A stretch of 64,000 bases of DNA from Octopus sinensis (GCF_006345805.1 NC_043010.1:31558001-31622000), one strand, 5' to 3'. Positions 37,020-51,548 are shown, counted from the stretch's first letter. Translations and numbers: made by a program. Notes: generated by a model not told the origin, from the letters alone.

Positions 37020-37590
37020 TTGGGTTGTCCGGAAAGTTCGTGCCGATTTATAGTAGCTTACCTTTCGACTTATTTTAGAACATGGTTGAGTCCATAAAAT
37101 AAGATTTGACTACACCTCCATTTAGAGCACAGTTTAAGCTATATTTTCGTGGAAGATAGTTTATGCTCCTATAACCTCTGTTAATTCTGTAACCCTTTAA
37201 AATGAAAGATAAGAAAGTTCACTTTCGGCACTTGATGCTTTGGAAACCAGACAAAAATTGCTGCAGCTCGGCTGGAATGTGTTACCCCACCCTCCATATT
37301 CACCAAATATTGCTCCTTCGGGTTTCCACTTATTCAGGTCTCAGCAGAATAGTCTTAATGGTAAAAATTTCAATTCCTTGGATGACGTAAAAATATACCT
37401 TGATGAATTCTTTGCCATGAAACCACCTCAATTCGGGAGGAAGGTATTTTCAAGTTAAAGGAAAGATGGAGATTTTGTTGCACAATGCAACAAAATGGTT
37501 CATATTTGGTTGATTAAAAATGTAATGGCAAGTATCTATTGACCTTTTTCTTTCCTTTAAAAATCGGCACGAACTTTCCGGACAACTTAA
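37020..37590 (+). mobile_element. Internally deleted mariner element
   Basis: TIRs ttgggttgtccggaaagttcgtgccgattt / aaatcggcacgaactttccggacaacttaa with TA flanks; MKDKKVHFRHLML fused to LGWNVLPHPPYSPNIAPS..HLFRS. Confidence 0.92.
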
Positions 37591-37600
37591 TATATATATA

Positions 37601-37656
<56 letters not shown>

Positions 37657-37679
37657 AATACACACACAAACACATATAT

Positions 37680-38030
37680 GCAGGCATGCAGGAAGTAAAT
37701 AGACACCTTTAAATTTCAAAATCTTTTATTTAATACGCAAAGCGAACAATTGAAATGTAATCGATAGGTAGGACTACATACTTTAGTATTTAGTTGACCT
37801 TCCCTTTGCAGTTTTTAATTCAGAAACTCTTTTTGGCATTGAACTGATGAGCTTTGTGATTGTCTCTTGTAGAATTTCTGCCCATTTTTCACGCAACAAC
37901 TGAAACAATTCATCATTAGATTTAGGTTTCTGTCGAGTTTTTCGTATAGCTCTATCTTGTACACTACAAAGATTTTCAATTGGGTTCATGTCAGGCAGAA
38001 ACAAGGAAAATCGCCCTTTTATTTAACATG
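37680..38030 (-). mobile_element. Tc1-like transposase C-terminal fragment
   Basis: PDMNPIENL...LISSMPKRVSELKTAKGRSTKY. Confidence 0.85.
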
Positions 38031-38262
38031 AAATTCCCCTTGTATTTGAATACTTTTAAAAACTTTTCTTTTAATTTTTCCAAAATTTAATTGCTTTCCA
38101 AACTTACTGTTGAAAAAGGCTCAATGACTGAAACCGGTACTGAAATGTTTTTTATAAAATTATTTTAGCATTTTCTACCTTAACTTACATATATATATAT
38201 ATATATTATATATATATAATACACAACTATAAGAGAGAATGCACTATGTGGACGCTCTTACG

Positions 38263-38305
<43 letters not shown>

Positions 38306-38407
38306 GTATGTATGTAAGTATGTGTGTATTTGTGTGTCTGTGTTTATATATAAATTATTTATATTATTATATGATTGAACGCCACGCATCCTCTTCCAAG
38401 TAAGCTT

Positions 38408-38439
<32 letters not shown>

Positions 38440-38529
38440 TGTATGTATGTATGTATGTATGTATGTATGTATGTATGTATGTATGTATGTATGCATGTAT
38501 GTATGTATGTATGTATATATATACATATG

Positions 38530-38688
38530 AAAGGCTTCTTTCACTTCCAGTCTGCGAAATCCACTTACAAGGCTTTGGTCGGTTCGAGGCTATAGAAAGC
38601 ACTTGCCTAAGGTGCCATGCAGTGGGACTGATCCTGGAACCAAGTGGTTTGGGAGCAAGCTTTTGCACTTAGCCGCGTCTACGCCTAT
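38530..38688 (-). mobile_element. SINE S1 5' part
   Basis: Aligns to 705-868. Confidence 0.75.
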
Positions 38689-38767
38689 GGAGTATAATCA
38701 CTTCTGCGGCGATTATATGTGAAAGGCGGGAATACATACCGCTATACACCAGAGGATTTGCTACATC

Positions 38768-38963
<196 letters not shown>

Positions 38964-39180
38964 ATATATAATATATATGGCAACACATATATATATTATA
39001 GATAGATAGATAGATATGTGCGTGTGTATGTATTCATGTATGTGTATGTATATATATACATGTGTGTGTGTGTGTGTATATATATATATGTGTGTGTATA
39101 TATACGTATATATGTATGTGTATATACGTATATATATATATATATACGTATATATGTATGTGTATATACGTATATATATA

Positions 39181-39252
<72 letters not shown>

Positions 39253-39993
39253 AATACATACATATGTGTGTGTGTGTATGGTGTACGTATATATATTTTC
39301 GTGTATTTACATGTGTGCGCGCTCGTGCGCCTATGTTCATATCTGAATATGTAGGCATGTGCTTTTATGTTTACATATACATGTATGTTTAACTACGTGT
39401 GCGTGAGTGTCTATAGCAACTGTCAGTTCAAATATATAGTCAGTTTACAAACCACTTAAGATGTTGTCCTAAAGGCTTTCAGTGGGATTGTAAGGATCTT
39501 GTATGTTTAGGATGGCTTAATTAACCTCCCGATACTGCTATACTTCACAATAGCTGGTTGTGTGTAGATGTATATAAATGCGTGTGGTCCGTATTCGTCT
39601 CTGCGTGCGCGCGCCCGTGTGTGCATGCGTGCGTGTGCGTGTGCGTCTGCGTGTGTGCATCCGCGTGTCTTTTGCATCTCTTGTCGGTTATGTTGTTTGT
39701 GCCGTGGTGTGTGTACTTTGTGCGTATCCGTGTGAAGAAGAAACGAACGATCAGATGGAGGGAAACAAAGAATTTGAAATTTTTGAGCCACAAAAGTAAG
39801 CCATGAAGTAAATGTATGTGTGTAGATGTCAGTGTGTATGTGTGTGTGTGTGCATATGTGTGAATAAGTGTGTCTGTGTTTCTGTGTGTGTGTAAATATG
39901 CAGACACATGCTTTCACAGTCAGACACAAATACACACATATATATGTGTGAGTCGATGTGTACGTTAACATGCGAGCAACACACACACACACA

Positions 39994-40024
<31 letters not shown>

Positions 40025-40071
40025 CACAGATACACACACACTCATACACACACACATGCACACACATATGC

Positions 40072-40253
40072 ACAGGCATGGTTGTGTGGTTAAGAAAGCT
40101 CGCTTTGCAACCACGTGGTTTCGGATTCATTGTCAAGTGTCTTCTACTATAGCCCTGGGCTGACGAATGCCGTGTGAGTGAAATTGGTAGATGGAAACTG
40201 AAAGAAGCTCGTTTTATATATGTGTGTGCGCGTGTGTGTGTGTGTGTGTGTGC

Positions 40254-40265
<12 letters not shown>
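40072..40265 (+). mobile_element. SINE S1 5' part
   Basis: ggcatggttgtgtggttaagaaagctcgc...gatggaaactgaaagaagc + (TG)n. Confidence 0.75.
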
Positions 40266-40287
<22 letters not shown>

Positions 40288-40702
40288 TATATATATATAT
40301 ATATATATGAAAGAAGGTTTAAAAATGCAATTTTAAAAGGTGTTTATTCACCTGACCGGTTTCACTTTTTTAGAAAAAGATTGTCAAAAGTAAAATGTAA
40401 AGCTTTGTAAAAACTTTGTTGTGTTAAGTACTGGTTGTCACAAAATATTACAATACATATATACATTCTTTGATAATAATAAGCAAAATGTTAAAACAGT
40501 TTACAAGGAAAAATCTTAAAAAGTTCTTTGAAAATATTAGGATTTCTTTAAAAATCACATTTATTTGGAAGTATCTATACACAGAAAATTATAAGTACAA
40601 AAAGGTCATATTTTAGTGGTATGTGTATATATATACAGAAGGAGATATATTTAGGAGTTTACAAAGAATTTGAGATAAACTGACCTGTTTTACCATTTTT
40701 TC

Positions 40703-40736
<34 letters not shown>

Positions 40737-40833
40737 TATAGAGTCATGAGTATGGATGTATGTATGTATGTATGTATGTATGTATGCATACATGTATGTA
40801 TATGTGTGTCTGTGTGTGTTTGTGTGTATATTA

Positions 40834-41410
40834 CACTAGTCAACAAAAAACATTTTTCTCGGGCATAAAATCTTAGAGCTGTTTTAGACTAATTTTGGGG
40901 TGCCAATTCCAAAACTGACCTCAGATTTGCTCTATCACATCACATTTTTTGTCATCAGTATATGTCTTTATTTATCTGGAACATAACAAAAGTTAATTTT
41001 ACACCACTATTTACAGGAATAGGACACGGTATAAAAATGAAAGAGGAGTACGCCAACATCAAGATTGTTCTGAAGAAGTTGCAAATCATGTAATTTGTGT
41101 CGATTTGAAAGTGGTAAACCTTCTACTGAGCCAACAAGGAGGTTACACTAAGTACACGTGTTTCCTGTGCTACTGGGACAGTAAGGTTACAAAGGATCAT
41201 TGAATGAAAAAAGAATGGCCCATCAAGAAACAATTTGATGCCGAATGACAAAAACATCATTAATGACCCTCTGGTTGATAGGAGAAACATGTCTTCCCCC
41301 CCACTGCACATAAAAACTTGGTGTTCTTATGAACTCCACTGTGATCAAGAGCTTTGATGGATTGCTTCAGATATATATGTACAATATTTCCAAGACTCAA
41401 TGATGAGAAG
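40834..41410 (+). mobile_element. Deleted DNA transposon, probably Chapaev3 (CMC superfamily)
   Basis: TTA|CACTAGTCAACAAAAA terminus; ICVDLKVVNLLLSQQGGYTKYTCFLCYWDS and PPLHIK(L)G motifs. Superfamily assignment is from memory. Confidence 0.55.
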
Positions 41411-41499
41411 ATCAAGAAGAAGAAGAAGAAGAAGAAGAAGAAGAAGAAGAAGAAGAAGAAGAAGAAGAAGAAGGAGGAGGAGGAGGAGGAGGAGGAGGA

Positions 41500-43740
41500 A
41501 TATTTGCTACACTCCTAGCATTTTAACTGGGCCCTCCGTCAAACGCCTCACGACGTTGTTGAGAGTTATCGACTTTCCCGTCCAGGTGCCCTGTTGCAAG
41601 CCGACTGACTTTTCACTGTTAATTTTTTGCTCCTGCCACCGCTTCGTATTCTTTAATGGCCTCACCTACCCTCTGTAGGTGTTTGACATCGGATACGATA
41701 ATGGTGATAACCTCCGCGAACGCCGAAACAAACTTTCCACAACTTAGATCTCGTGGGACGCCGTTCATAGCCTCCAACTTCCGCAGCAAAGGCTCGAGAG
41801 CTAATATGTACAGGAGTGGAGAAAGGGAAATCCTTGCTGTACCGAGCGCTTAATGGAAAACGGCTCCGAAAGGAAACCATTCACCCGAACGATCGAATCG
41901 ATGTTGCTGTAAAGAGCAGTGATACAACTAAGAAAGCTGAGGGGCAGTTCGAATGCCGCAACGACCGACACCAGATAGCGATGGTCAACCATGTTAAAAG
42001 CTTTAGATTGGTCTAAATGGACCTGAGCCCCATCCTTGCCAGGAATTTTATTAACCGTCTCTAAGTATAGCGTATAAGATGGAGATTATCCAAGATGGAT
42101 CTGCCGGGAATAGCACACATTTGTGCCTCCTCCACGACACGCGCCAATCTTTTCGCTAGTACTGTGGCCCAAATCTTCAGCTCTGTGTTAAGCAGAGTGA
42201 TGGGCTAGAAATTATCAACAAAGTCAACTTGTTTGGGCCCTTTCTTACCAGTGTCCCCCTCCCCCACTTCGGTTCCCATTCTGCTGCCAGTCGTCAAAGA
42301 CACATGCAATTAGGTGTCCAAAGAAGTCTGGCATACTATAATATAGCTCGTATGTAAGACCATCAAACCCTGGCGACTTGTCCCCGCTGCAGTCCGACAA
42401 AGTCCCTTCCACCTCCGCATTTGTGATCGGTCTTTCACAGCTTTCCTCTTCCCGCCCCGAGAGACGCCGCAAACCGTCGAGGAAGTGTGTGAGATCTCTC
42501 CTGCACTCCGGTCCACCGCTCCTCTCGAAAAACTGAGCGAAATGTTCTTGAAAGATCTTACACATCGCCTCAGGTTCGTTTACTAGGTTCTGTTAGTTCG
42601 CCAAATACCTTATCGTGGCGTCATTGCTGCGTTGTGTCTCTATCACACGGGCCCAGCCGGACGCCGTAATTCCTTCCTGTCCCATCGTACCTGCTTCGCC
42701 CTGACTATACACCGCGTGTTTAGTTTTGAGGTGTTGGTTGAGAACCAATCTCGCCACCAAAACTCGGGATGCAGAGCCAGACCTCAGTGCCTCTTCTAAA
42801 TCCTTAGTTAAGTCCCTTTCTCTTCTATTCTTCTTAGCGACGAACTCTTTACTATAGCTAATGGACTCGAACAACCATTTGTTGTTTATAAAGGCACCGG
42901 TCAATGCCTTCATCACTAACAGCCTAATCCGACTCCTGTACTCCTCATCAGCCAAAAGGGACTTGTTGAGTTTCCAGTGGCCTGGACCTTGCCTACGTAA
43001 CTTACAGGTCACAAGATCACTGTAGCTGACGTACGCAGTGGAACTGTGGATACCTAACTAAATCTTTATCTATATGCCTAACGAATAACCTAGAAAACCC
43101 GTCGCCATTCATCCATTTCCACAATGGAGCCTCCGGGTGTTCTAATCTATACCGATCTGCCAGCTGAAAACGCCTAAGCAGATCGCGGAGACACGGGTTT
43201 CTCCTCCTATCCGTACTCGAGCCATCACAATCTACGCGTGCATCGCAGATTGTGTGAAAGTCCCATAGCAACACTAAGGGGTGTGACGTACCTAGAAACT
43301 TTTCTAGGCCTCGAGCTTGTGAGATCTCTATGACGAGGTCCTCGTAAATTTGAGGAGATAAATCTTTTCTCAGAGGGCATACGTCATCTTGTAACTCCTT
43401 TTTAAGTTCCAAATAGTTTGTATTGACAATTTAAAAAAATTCAATGTTTCGGGGTGGTGCATAGGATGTTGGATGACTGGGGGAATCATTTTTATTTTTT
43501 GCATTAACGTCTTATTGTTGGCGTTGAGATGGCCGTTAAGTTTGTGTCAGGGTGGGACATGGGGTGGGGATTGGGTCTTGGGGTTTTCTTTTTTGGCGTA
43601 CGTGGGCTTGTAGGGATGGGACGGGGGTTATTTCTTTTTCCTTTTTCACTAGTCCATTTGTCTGTGTCTTCGTTTTCCTCCGCCAGGGATGTTGTTGGTG
43701 TTGTGGGTAATCTTGGAGGCGATGGTGCCTCTTCCTCCAC
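41500..43740 (-). mobile_element. Degraded Tx1-clade element (ORF1 tail, APE, RT start)
   Basis: GPGHWKLNKSLL, SGDKSPGFDGLTYELY, VDHRYL, VRVNGFLSEPFSIKRSVQQG, homologous to 27.5-29.4 kb. Confidence 0.85.
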
Positions 43741-43744
43741 TCCT

Positions 43745-44318
43745 GCACGTATTGGCTCTCGAGCCCTTGCTGCGGAAGTTGGAGGCTATGAAGGGCGTCC
43801 CACGAGATCTCAGTTGTGGATCGTGGCAGCACTAACGGTGGGCTTGGAGGTAAAAACCTCCATCCTCCAAGCTACAGTATTAAAACAACAAAACTGGCAG
43901 GAGCCTGGACTCGAAATGGTAGTTCAAGCGGCCCCTGCAGACTTAGAAGAGATTGTGGACACTATACATGTGAGGGAGAGTAAGCTGCGGGTGAATGCTG
44001 AGGAGAAGAAGCCACGATGCTACAAATGTAGCCCAAAAGGTCACATCAGGGTCGAGTGTGTTCCTCCCCTCGGGAAGGCAGTAATGCACCCACCTGCTTC
44101 CGGAAACCCAAAAGAGTGCGAAAAGCCAACAAGAACACCAACTACAATAAATACACCGGCAACACCAACGACGTCAGAGGCACCAACGCCTCCAAGATTA
44201 CCCACAACACAAACAACACCAACACCAACAACATCCCCGGCGGAGGAAGACGAAGTCACAGACAAATGGACTAGTGGAAAAGGAAAAAGAAAGAACCCCC
44301 GTCCCATCCTCATAACCC
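43745..44318 (+). mobile_element. Inverted Tx1 pieces (short RT segment + ORF1 segment)
   Basis: 43745-43822 is a diverged reverse complement of about 41740-41830; then WIVAAL...EEKKPRCYKCSPKGHIRVEC; 44180-44310 is an inverted paralog of 43600-43730. Confidence 0.75.
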
Positions 44319-46250
44319 TAGATGCCAAGAACCCTCCTAAGTATCCTAGCTGTCCCTAATAACACTGTTTTCTGGCGCTGTACTAAACTGGGTTTCACGC
44401 CTATTTCCTCTAGCCCTCTGTTCAGATCTTTAGGGATAGTTCGCAATGTATCTATAACTACTGGGATACATTTTACCCGCACTTTCAATAGTCTCTGTAA
44501 TTCAATAGCCAGGTCCTGGTACTTTGCTATTTTCTCTATACTTCTCATATTAATGTTTTCATCATTTGGGACTGTAAAGTCAATTATCTGGCACTTTCTA
44601 CTCTCTTTATCTACTACTACCAAATCAGGCCTTCTAGCGTCTATTACTTTGTCAGACTGAATGTTGAAGTCCCATTACATCTTATATTTCTTCCTTTGTT
44701 AGACTTTGTTAGATTCATGTTCATACCATTTATCAGTATGTTAAAATCCTAGCTTTCTACATAGCTCCCAGTGGATTACTCTCCCTAGATTGTCATATCT
44801 TTTCTTGTATTTTTTCTGTGCCAGCATACTCCATTCACTTACTATGTGAGTAACGCTTTTTTTTATTTAGATAATCTACATTGGGAATCTACTTGGTTTT
44901 TGTCTATCTTGGTTTCTATCTAATTAGTCCTTAATGCTTGATCTTGTGCAGTTACTAACAAACTTTCTGTCCCCCTCTTCAGCTTTCTTTTCTGCAACCA
45001 TAACCATGGCTCACCACTACTATTTGCTGCATCTATCTTTGGGAATCTATCATGCTACACGTTCTCCTGCCAGTCAGATAATTTCAGTTCTTTTTCTGGT
45101 TTTTAACTTCGTTTAGGTTTTTGGTTTCCCTATGTCATACTGTGATCCTTGCAATAAACTTTCTTCACTATTTATAAACTTTCTCCACATATGAGTCTAT
45201 ATCGACTCTAGATAATTCTACGCAGTCTTCTACTGATATTAACCCTCTTCCGCCTTCCTTTTTATGTAGGTATAGTTTTGCTACTCCTGCCCTAGGGTGG
45301 AACCCTCCATTCATATTGAATTCCTTCCTAGTTCCTAACACTTTACTCATTAATGCACTAGTTAATTTTAGATCTGGCTGTTTCTCACTGTCTACTTCTC
45401 ACTTTCTTTTACCGTACTGCATCTCCATTATGATTGACTGGCTTATCCTAAATAGTACTCCAGAACTTTCTAGCTTCTTCTGCATTTGGCTTCTCATCTT
45501 CATTACTTCGTTCTCCACTATTTATTTGGTTATAAAATCTCCTCTGGTCTGTCTCAAATAATCTATTCTGTTGATAATGATCTATTCTTTTCTGATATCT
45601 GGAGAGCTTGCCTGCTACCGCTGTGATACGCTGTTTAAACTCTTTTTTTACTGTTCCAAATCTTTTCTCTTTCACTAAGTATCTTTTCTCGAGGGAAGAT
45701 TTGCATCTTGTGTTTCCTAACTTGTTCAGTTCCCAAGCTTCTATTCTATGTAGATCTTGTCTTACAGTTTTCACTTCATTTTGTAGTCTCCTTTTCCACA
45801 TTTCCTCTTTTTTAATTTTTCCCTGTGAGTTATCTAATCTTCTGGTGACTACTGCCCCTGCATAGATCAGTAAATTAGTGTCTCCTATATTTTAAGTATC
45901 TATCCCACAGATGACAGAATCTACTTTCCTATTCATTTCTAGCAGCTTCCTTCTGTTGGTGCCTTTCAATGCTGACAATCTTTTTCTTACTATCTTCCCT
46001 CATTACTTCCTGCAACTCATCTAAAATCTTCTGATCTTCCTCACTTAAATCACTTAAGTCGCTGGTGCCAGTTTTCCCTTCTTATTTGTAGCGCTATTAT
46101 TATTTTTTCTTTCTTTGGTTCGAGCTGTATCTCTTATGTTGTTGTTTGTCTTTTCTACTGCCTGGTCTCTCTTTTCCAGTTCTCTTATGATCTCTTCTAC
46201 CTCCAATTCTATCATCCACTTTCTTCTCCTAAATAACATTAGCTTGATGA
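44318..46250 (-). mobile_element. R4/Dong-like RLE LINE with RT largely deleted
   Basis: N-terminal WKRRLQ...QQNRLFETDQRRFY; HPRAGVAKLYLHKKEGGRGLISVEDC; RLE RPDLVVVDKESRKCQIID...LLGTARILRRVL. Confidence 0.85.
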
Positions 46251-46509
46251 ACGAAATATACTGTATTTATTTACGACACTGTTGTTGCTTTATCCCAAGT
46301 CAATCACTATGGAAAAGAATTATAATTGAAAACTGCTGCAACCATTATTTCGTATTTTTTGTAGATATAGTGTACTCAGGACCAAATATTCAATAATGTC
46401 CATCCATTTTTAAACTAGAAGGGTATGATTTTCGGTGAATTTTGTCGATATTTCTAGAAGGTCGAGCGACAATATAGAGGTTTACTTGTATTTAAAAATA
46501 AACAAAAAG

Positions 46510-46690
46510 GCCCTCCATCGGTTATGACAACGAGAGTTCCCGTTGATCTGATCAACGGAACAGCCGGCTTGTCAAATTAGTATGCAAGTGGCTGAGTACT
46601 CCACAGACACACATACACTTAATGTAGTTCACAGAATGTGACAAGATTAGCCTTTGAATCAGAAACAAAGCTCATTTTTGCCAGTGGTGG
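46510..46690 (-). mobile_element. SINE S3 3' fragment
   Basis: Aligns to 19145-19340. Confidence 0.7.
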
Positions 46691-46879
46691 AAGACAAACA
46701 CAAACACAAAATCACACACGCGTAGATTGATTTTGTAGCAATCTGTTGCTCTTGGATTACAAACGGTGTTTGATGTGTTGTAGTGGCTGTAAGTCTAAGA
46801 AAGGCTGCACTTCATGTGGATGCGAGGATCGTCTACAAGAAATATACTCATGCATAGTCTGTTTTTTGGTATGCTGAAC

Positions 46880-47560
46880 GTTTCATGCCCAGGACTTCTT
46901 TGAGTTAAATTAGTCCAACTGTTTTGGGGTTGTATGGGAAGTCGTCTTGAAGCGAGTATTTCTTGAGGCGCTCACTGTCAACGAATAAGATGTTGTTTTC
47001 TTTCCTTTTCAGCACCAGATTTATATATATTTTTGACAGTTGCTGTCTGAGAGACACTATACGACTTTGAAGGCCGTCTGTACTGATTTTAAGTCTCAAA
47101 TCACTTTACCTCTTCAACCCAGTTTATTGATATCACTGTTTCTGTGGACGTTTCCGGTTGTTGTCAGGATCTTGCAGGTTTTAATGTCTATCGAGTGGAT
47201 TTCCCCCACAGACCGGTCAATATCCCAAATTTTAGAATTAGCATTGGTTCTGCAAATGCCTTGTGAGATATTGTCTTATAGGAGGAGAGTTTCGATTGCA
47301 ATATGTAATAATTCTTGAGTAACTCTTCTTTATTCATAATATATTTTTATATATTTTCCCCAATGTCTAAATATTTGTAGCATTCTTTATGTGGAACAGG
47401 AGAAATAGAAAGACTGTTGATGTATTGGTTTTGGATTTGGAGGACTAATTGTCCACGTTAGTTCTGTTTGGCTAAATTCCATTTTTATGTCAGATGAAAA
47501 TGTTATCGTTAACTCCAGCTGTTTTTTGGCGTTGCAAACATTTTTAACATTGATCTTCAG
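46880..47560 (-). pseudogene. Old R4/Dong-like RT C-terminal fossil
   Basis: Minus-strand remnants TFSSDIKMEF, ECYKY(L), IDIKTCKILTTTGNVHRNSDINKL. Confidence 0.6.
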
Positions 47561-47913
47561 GTTCATCTACAAACAAATTATTGGTTACATTGGTACCTGT
47601 AGTAGTTGCAAACCCTTGCATGCAGTCACGATAATGGATTCAATGACAAAATAAACAGAATTACAGAAAAAATATTCTTTGAAATATTTACAACATTAGA
47701 GTTTATCGTTCTGCTCTCAGTTATCAATGTGTTTCCCAGATATTTGTGTCTCTCAGTGGCAGCGGCTAAGGTAGTACAAACTTCAGTAATCATGTATGCA
47801 TTTGTCTCGAGTGGTACATAAAGAGTACAATTTATCAAGATCCAATTTTACCGAAAGCAACCGTAAGTGGCAGCACAAAACTTCGTCAGTCAAATTTCCC
47901 ACGTGTATATATA

Positions 47914-47948
<35 letters not shown>

Positions 47949-48233
47949 CAGAATTTGAGGAAGCAATATCCCCGTAAGGGATTGTTAAAAAACCGTCCAG
48001 ATGCCAACAAGGTTTAACCAAATATATTGATAGAAAGTTCCTCAATATTTGTATAAACAATCTCATAAAATCAAATAGTAAATAAAAGAAAATGGAGAAG
48101 AAAAAATATAAAAGAAGCTTGGTTTATTTTATTTGTATCACAATTGGAAAATAATGCAAATTAAAAGATATACTTATAAGAACAAGTATAAAAGGAACTG
48201 CATCAACAAAAACAACCCAAAAATATCCAAAAA

Positions 48234-49300
48234 AATTCTACATGTTTCAATCCAACAATATGTTTGAATCATCAATAATTGTAACTTTTATAAATGTAAT
48301 AAACGATATATTGTTAGATCTCTTCAGGAAATCTAAGTGTATTTTCTGTCTTGAGTTACGAAATGACTTGTTTGAGGATTATGTTTAGGAATTTTCGAAT
48401 GTAAACAAACTATTTATTAGGACGCAGAGTTCATGTGATTAGAAATTTATCGTTTAAAATTTAGCAAATATTGAACGTTGAAATTCTGTTAAAACATCAA
48501 GTTTGTTTGAAAAATATATCTATTACTATATTTAAATTTAACTTTAAATATATTTATTTATAAAGGTTTATGTGAGGGAGATGGTAGAAAAACGGATGTA
48601 ACTTATGTGGGGTGTAATATACAAAGAATTAGATAGGGAAATGTAAATAACCAATTTAATCCTAAATGACACCAATGTTATTCATCCAATCTTTCATTTT
48701 GCAATTTCTATCTACTTCACAAGTAATTGGGTCTCTGCAGTTACAATTTAAATTATTGGGTGGTACTATGGGGTTATGTCTATATTTATTAGGGATAATG
48801 GAGTTTTGGTTATTATCATAATAGTAGTTGTTAATTCTACCATTATTGGAGTTGTTAGGTATATTTGATGGAGTTTTTTTTATTAGAGAATAGGTCCAGT
48901 TTCTAGTATTAAAAGAGGAGATTATCCTAAAAAGGTTTGGAGAGACCGGAAATCCAAATCTGATTTTTTTATCATTAAATATTTTTGCATATTTGGAGTT
49001 CTTTTAAAGTTTTTATTAGGTATATTTGATGGAGCTTTCTTTTTTTTTTTATTAGAGAATAGGTCCATTAGAGAATAGGTTCAGTTTCTAGTATTAAAAC
49101 AGGAGATTATCCTAAAAAGGTTTGGAGAGACTGGAAATCTGATCTTTTTATCATTAAATATTTTTGCATATTTGGAGTTCTTTTAAAGTTTTTATTAATT
49201 ATATTTCTAATGGATCCATTTTATTGGATCCATTAGAAACTTATCATTATCCCAGGTATGTTCTCATAAATTCATCATGCTTTTCCATCTAGATTTACCT
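48234..49300 (-). mobile_element. Penelope-like element fossil ending in a hammerhead-like motif
   Basis: NNLNCNCRDPITCEVDRNC resembles the PLE Cys-rich linker; internal tandem duplication of about 160 bp (48860-49198); TTGATGA...GAA-ACATGT-A at 48275-48239. Confidence 0.5.
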
Positions 49301-49707
49301 CCAGCTAACCCATTTGTATGCATCGTTTTTGTTCTGCTTTTCTTTCGGCAACCTGTACATAACTGCACCTTACATTTTTTGTTGTTTCTGTACTGCTTAA
49401 AGGCACGTTTCTTTCCTGCCCAGCTTACTGTTTAAACCATGTTTGTGTTCTCCTAGCCAACAGCCTTATCATTACTGGTACTTTAAACTTTTTGGTTGCA
49501 TATTTGTGTGAATAAAATCGTTTTTCTTTGGAATAGAAAAAAGTCTATCTTTATTTCCTCTTTTGCTGGTGTCTCAAATTTAGGTTAAATCAGTGTTTCT
49601 CAAACATGAGACGGTCGGACTAGTTGTTTTGAGAAAATTTGGTTTAAATGTTTGATAACTCAGCACCGTTCATTGGACGGGGGGCGTTTTGCTCGTATAT
49701 ATATATA

Positions 49708-49749
<42 letters not shown>

Positions 49750-50470
49750 TATATATTGATATATTGGAACATGTGATTATGAAGCATTATGTATAGGTTA
49801 TGTATATACACAAAAGTACTATCGTGATGCAATTATATGCAATTAATTTTCATGTTATATAATACAGGGCAATGAAGGTGGAAAACATATATAATTATAT
49901 AATTTTAGATTAATTGTATTTATGTGCATGCAAACATTATTAAACTTTTCTGATTTAACATTCAAGAGGTTGTGCTTAGAGAACAGGATATAATACGTTT
50001 CATCTAGAAAGAGCGAACATATCTTAGCTGGTGGTTTATAAGGTAGAGCATTATTTAGAACTTTCCATCTAATTTTATAGGTTTCATTGCTATCTGTAAG
50101 TTTCCAGATAAGTTTACAAAGGCCTGTGCTATTACGTTTATTAATATCTCGAAATGAGGCTTCATGGTTCGCAATACGCTATTTCAAGTAACATGTTGTT
50201 GCCTCAAGATAATAGAAATATTTACCTTCAGATTCAACTGTGTCTGGTATACTAGGTTTTTATGTTTACAGTAATTGCTAAATTTACAATTTGTCTTAAC
50301 TCTACAATCACATAACGCATTTAGATTATTATTACCAGTGTCGGTATTAGCGTTCCTGCTTCTTCTAGGTATAATATTAGAGTCAGTTTGAGTAGCATAT
50401 ATGTTCCTAGTTAAAGGGGAATGCTTCTATTTATATAACACTCATCAAGTTTAATGTTATTTGAAGATAA

Positions 50471-50865
50471 TCTTTATATATAAAAGTGAAGTTGCGTGTC
50501 TGTCTCCTACGATTTAGATTCCTAACTACTCCCACATTTTGTGGTGCAGTTTAACCAAAACCGGGTATCTTATAGTCGTGATTCATATCGAGCCCTTCTG
50601 GGTATTAGCGCGCGTCTACGATGAGTCTACGATTTAAAAAAAAATTACCATCATTTTTTCCATTTTAATGCATTTTTTCGCTATTATATAAGGGAAGTAA
50701 CTCTCTAAAAATGTCTACGATGAGTCAACGATTAAAAAAAAAATTACCATAATTTTTTTTCCATTTTTAATGCATTTTTTTGCTATTTTTTGGCTATAAC
50801 TCTCTAAAAATGCTTATATAGTTATTTCCCTTACAAACCCGAGCAACGCCGGTCGATACTGCTAG
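50471..50865 (+). mobile_element. Non-autonomous Helitron
   Basis: A|TC 5' end (tctttatatataaaagtg), subterminal cccgagcaacgccgg, CTAG|T 3' end, no TSD; internal duplication of about 75 bp. Confidence 0.85.
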
Positions 50866-51548
50866 TATATGTATAAATAAGCTTTTTAGTAATAGAAAAT
50901 CCTATCCTTATTAAATTATTATTAGTTATGGAACTAGTTTTACTAGAAGGGAAATGTTTATCTATTGCTGTGCGGGTTACTTTGATAAGGTTTGTCTTTA
51001 TTTGTCTTCCATAAGATAAGATAAGCTAAATTATATTATTATTATTATTATTATTATAATTATTAATACTATCCCTATACACACATTCAAATAATAAATA
51101 ATTAATAACTTGTATATTAGATTTCAGCAAAATATTCTATACTCCATCACTTCAATTTTTGATATTTAGAACATCCATATAACCCACATTTTAAATAACA
51201 AATAACTGATAATAGTACAATTATTTATTATAACAATCATTATGTAAACCATATTTAACATCAATATATAAGTATAAATTTAATCTATTGAACCCTTAAT
51301 CTTGTAATTATACCATCAATAACTTACATTAACCCCTATTACAAATCTATAGTACCTATTTCATTGTTAAATAGAATAAATATATATTAACAGTTATCGC
51401 CAAGCAAACACGGCAGTCCAGGAAAAGAGGACGAATGCTGCCATTGACTAGCTCCAAGAGGCCATCGCCTCTAGCTAGCTATGTGACACACAAGGTAAAT
51501 AAACATTCGAACTGACGGTCAGCAGCGATGCCTGCTGGGTTCGGCTAC

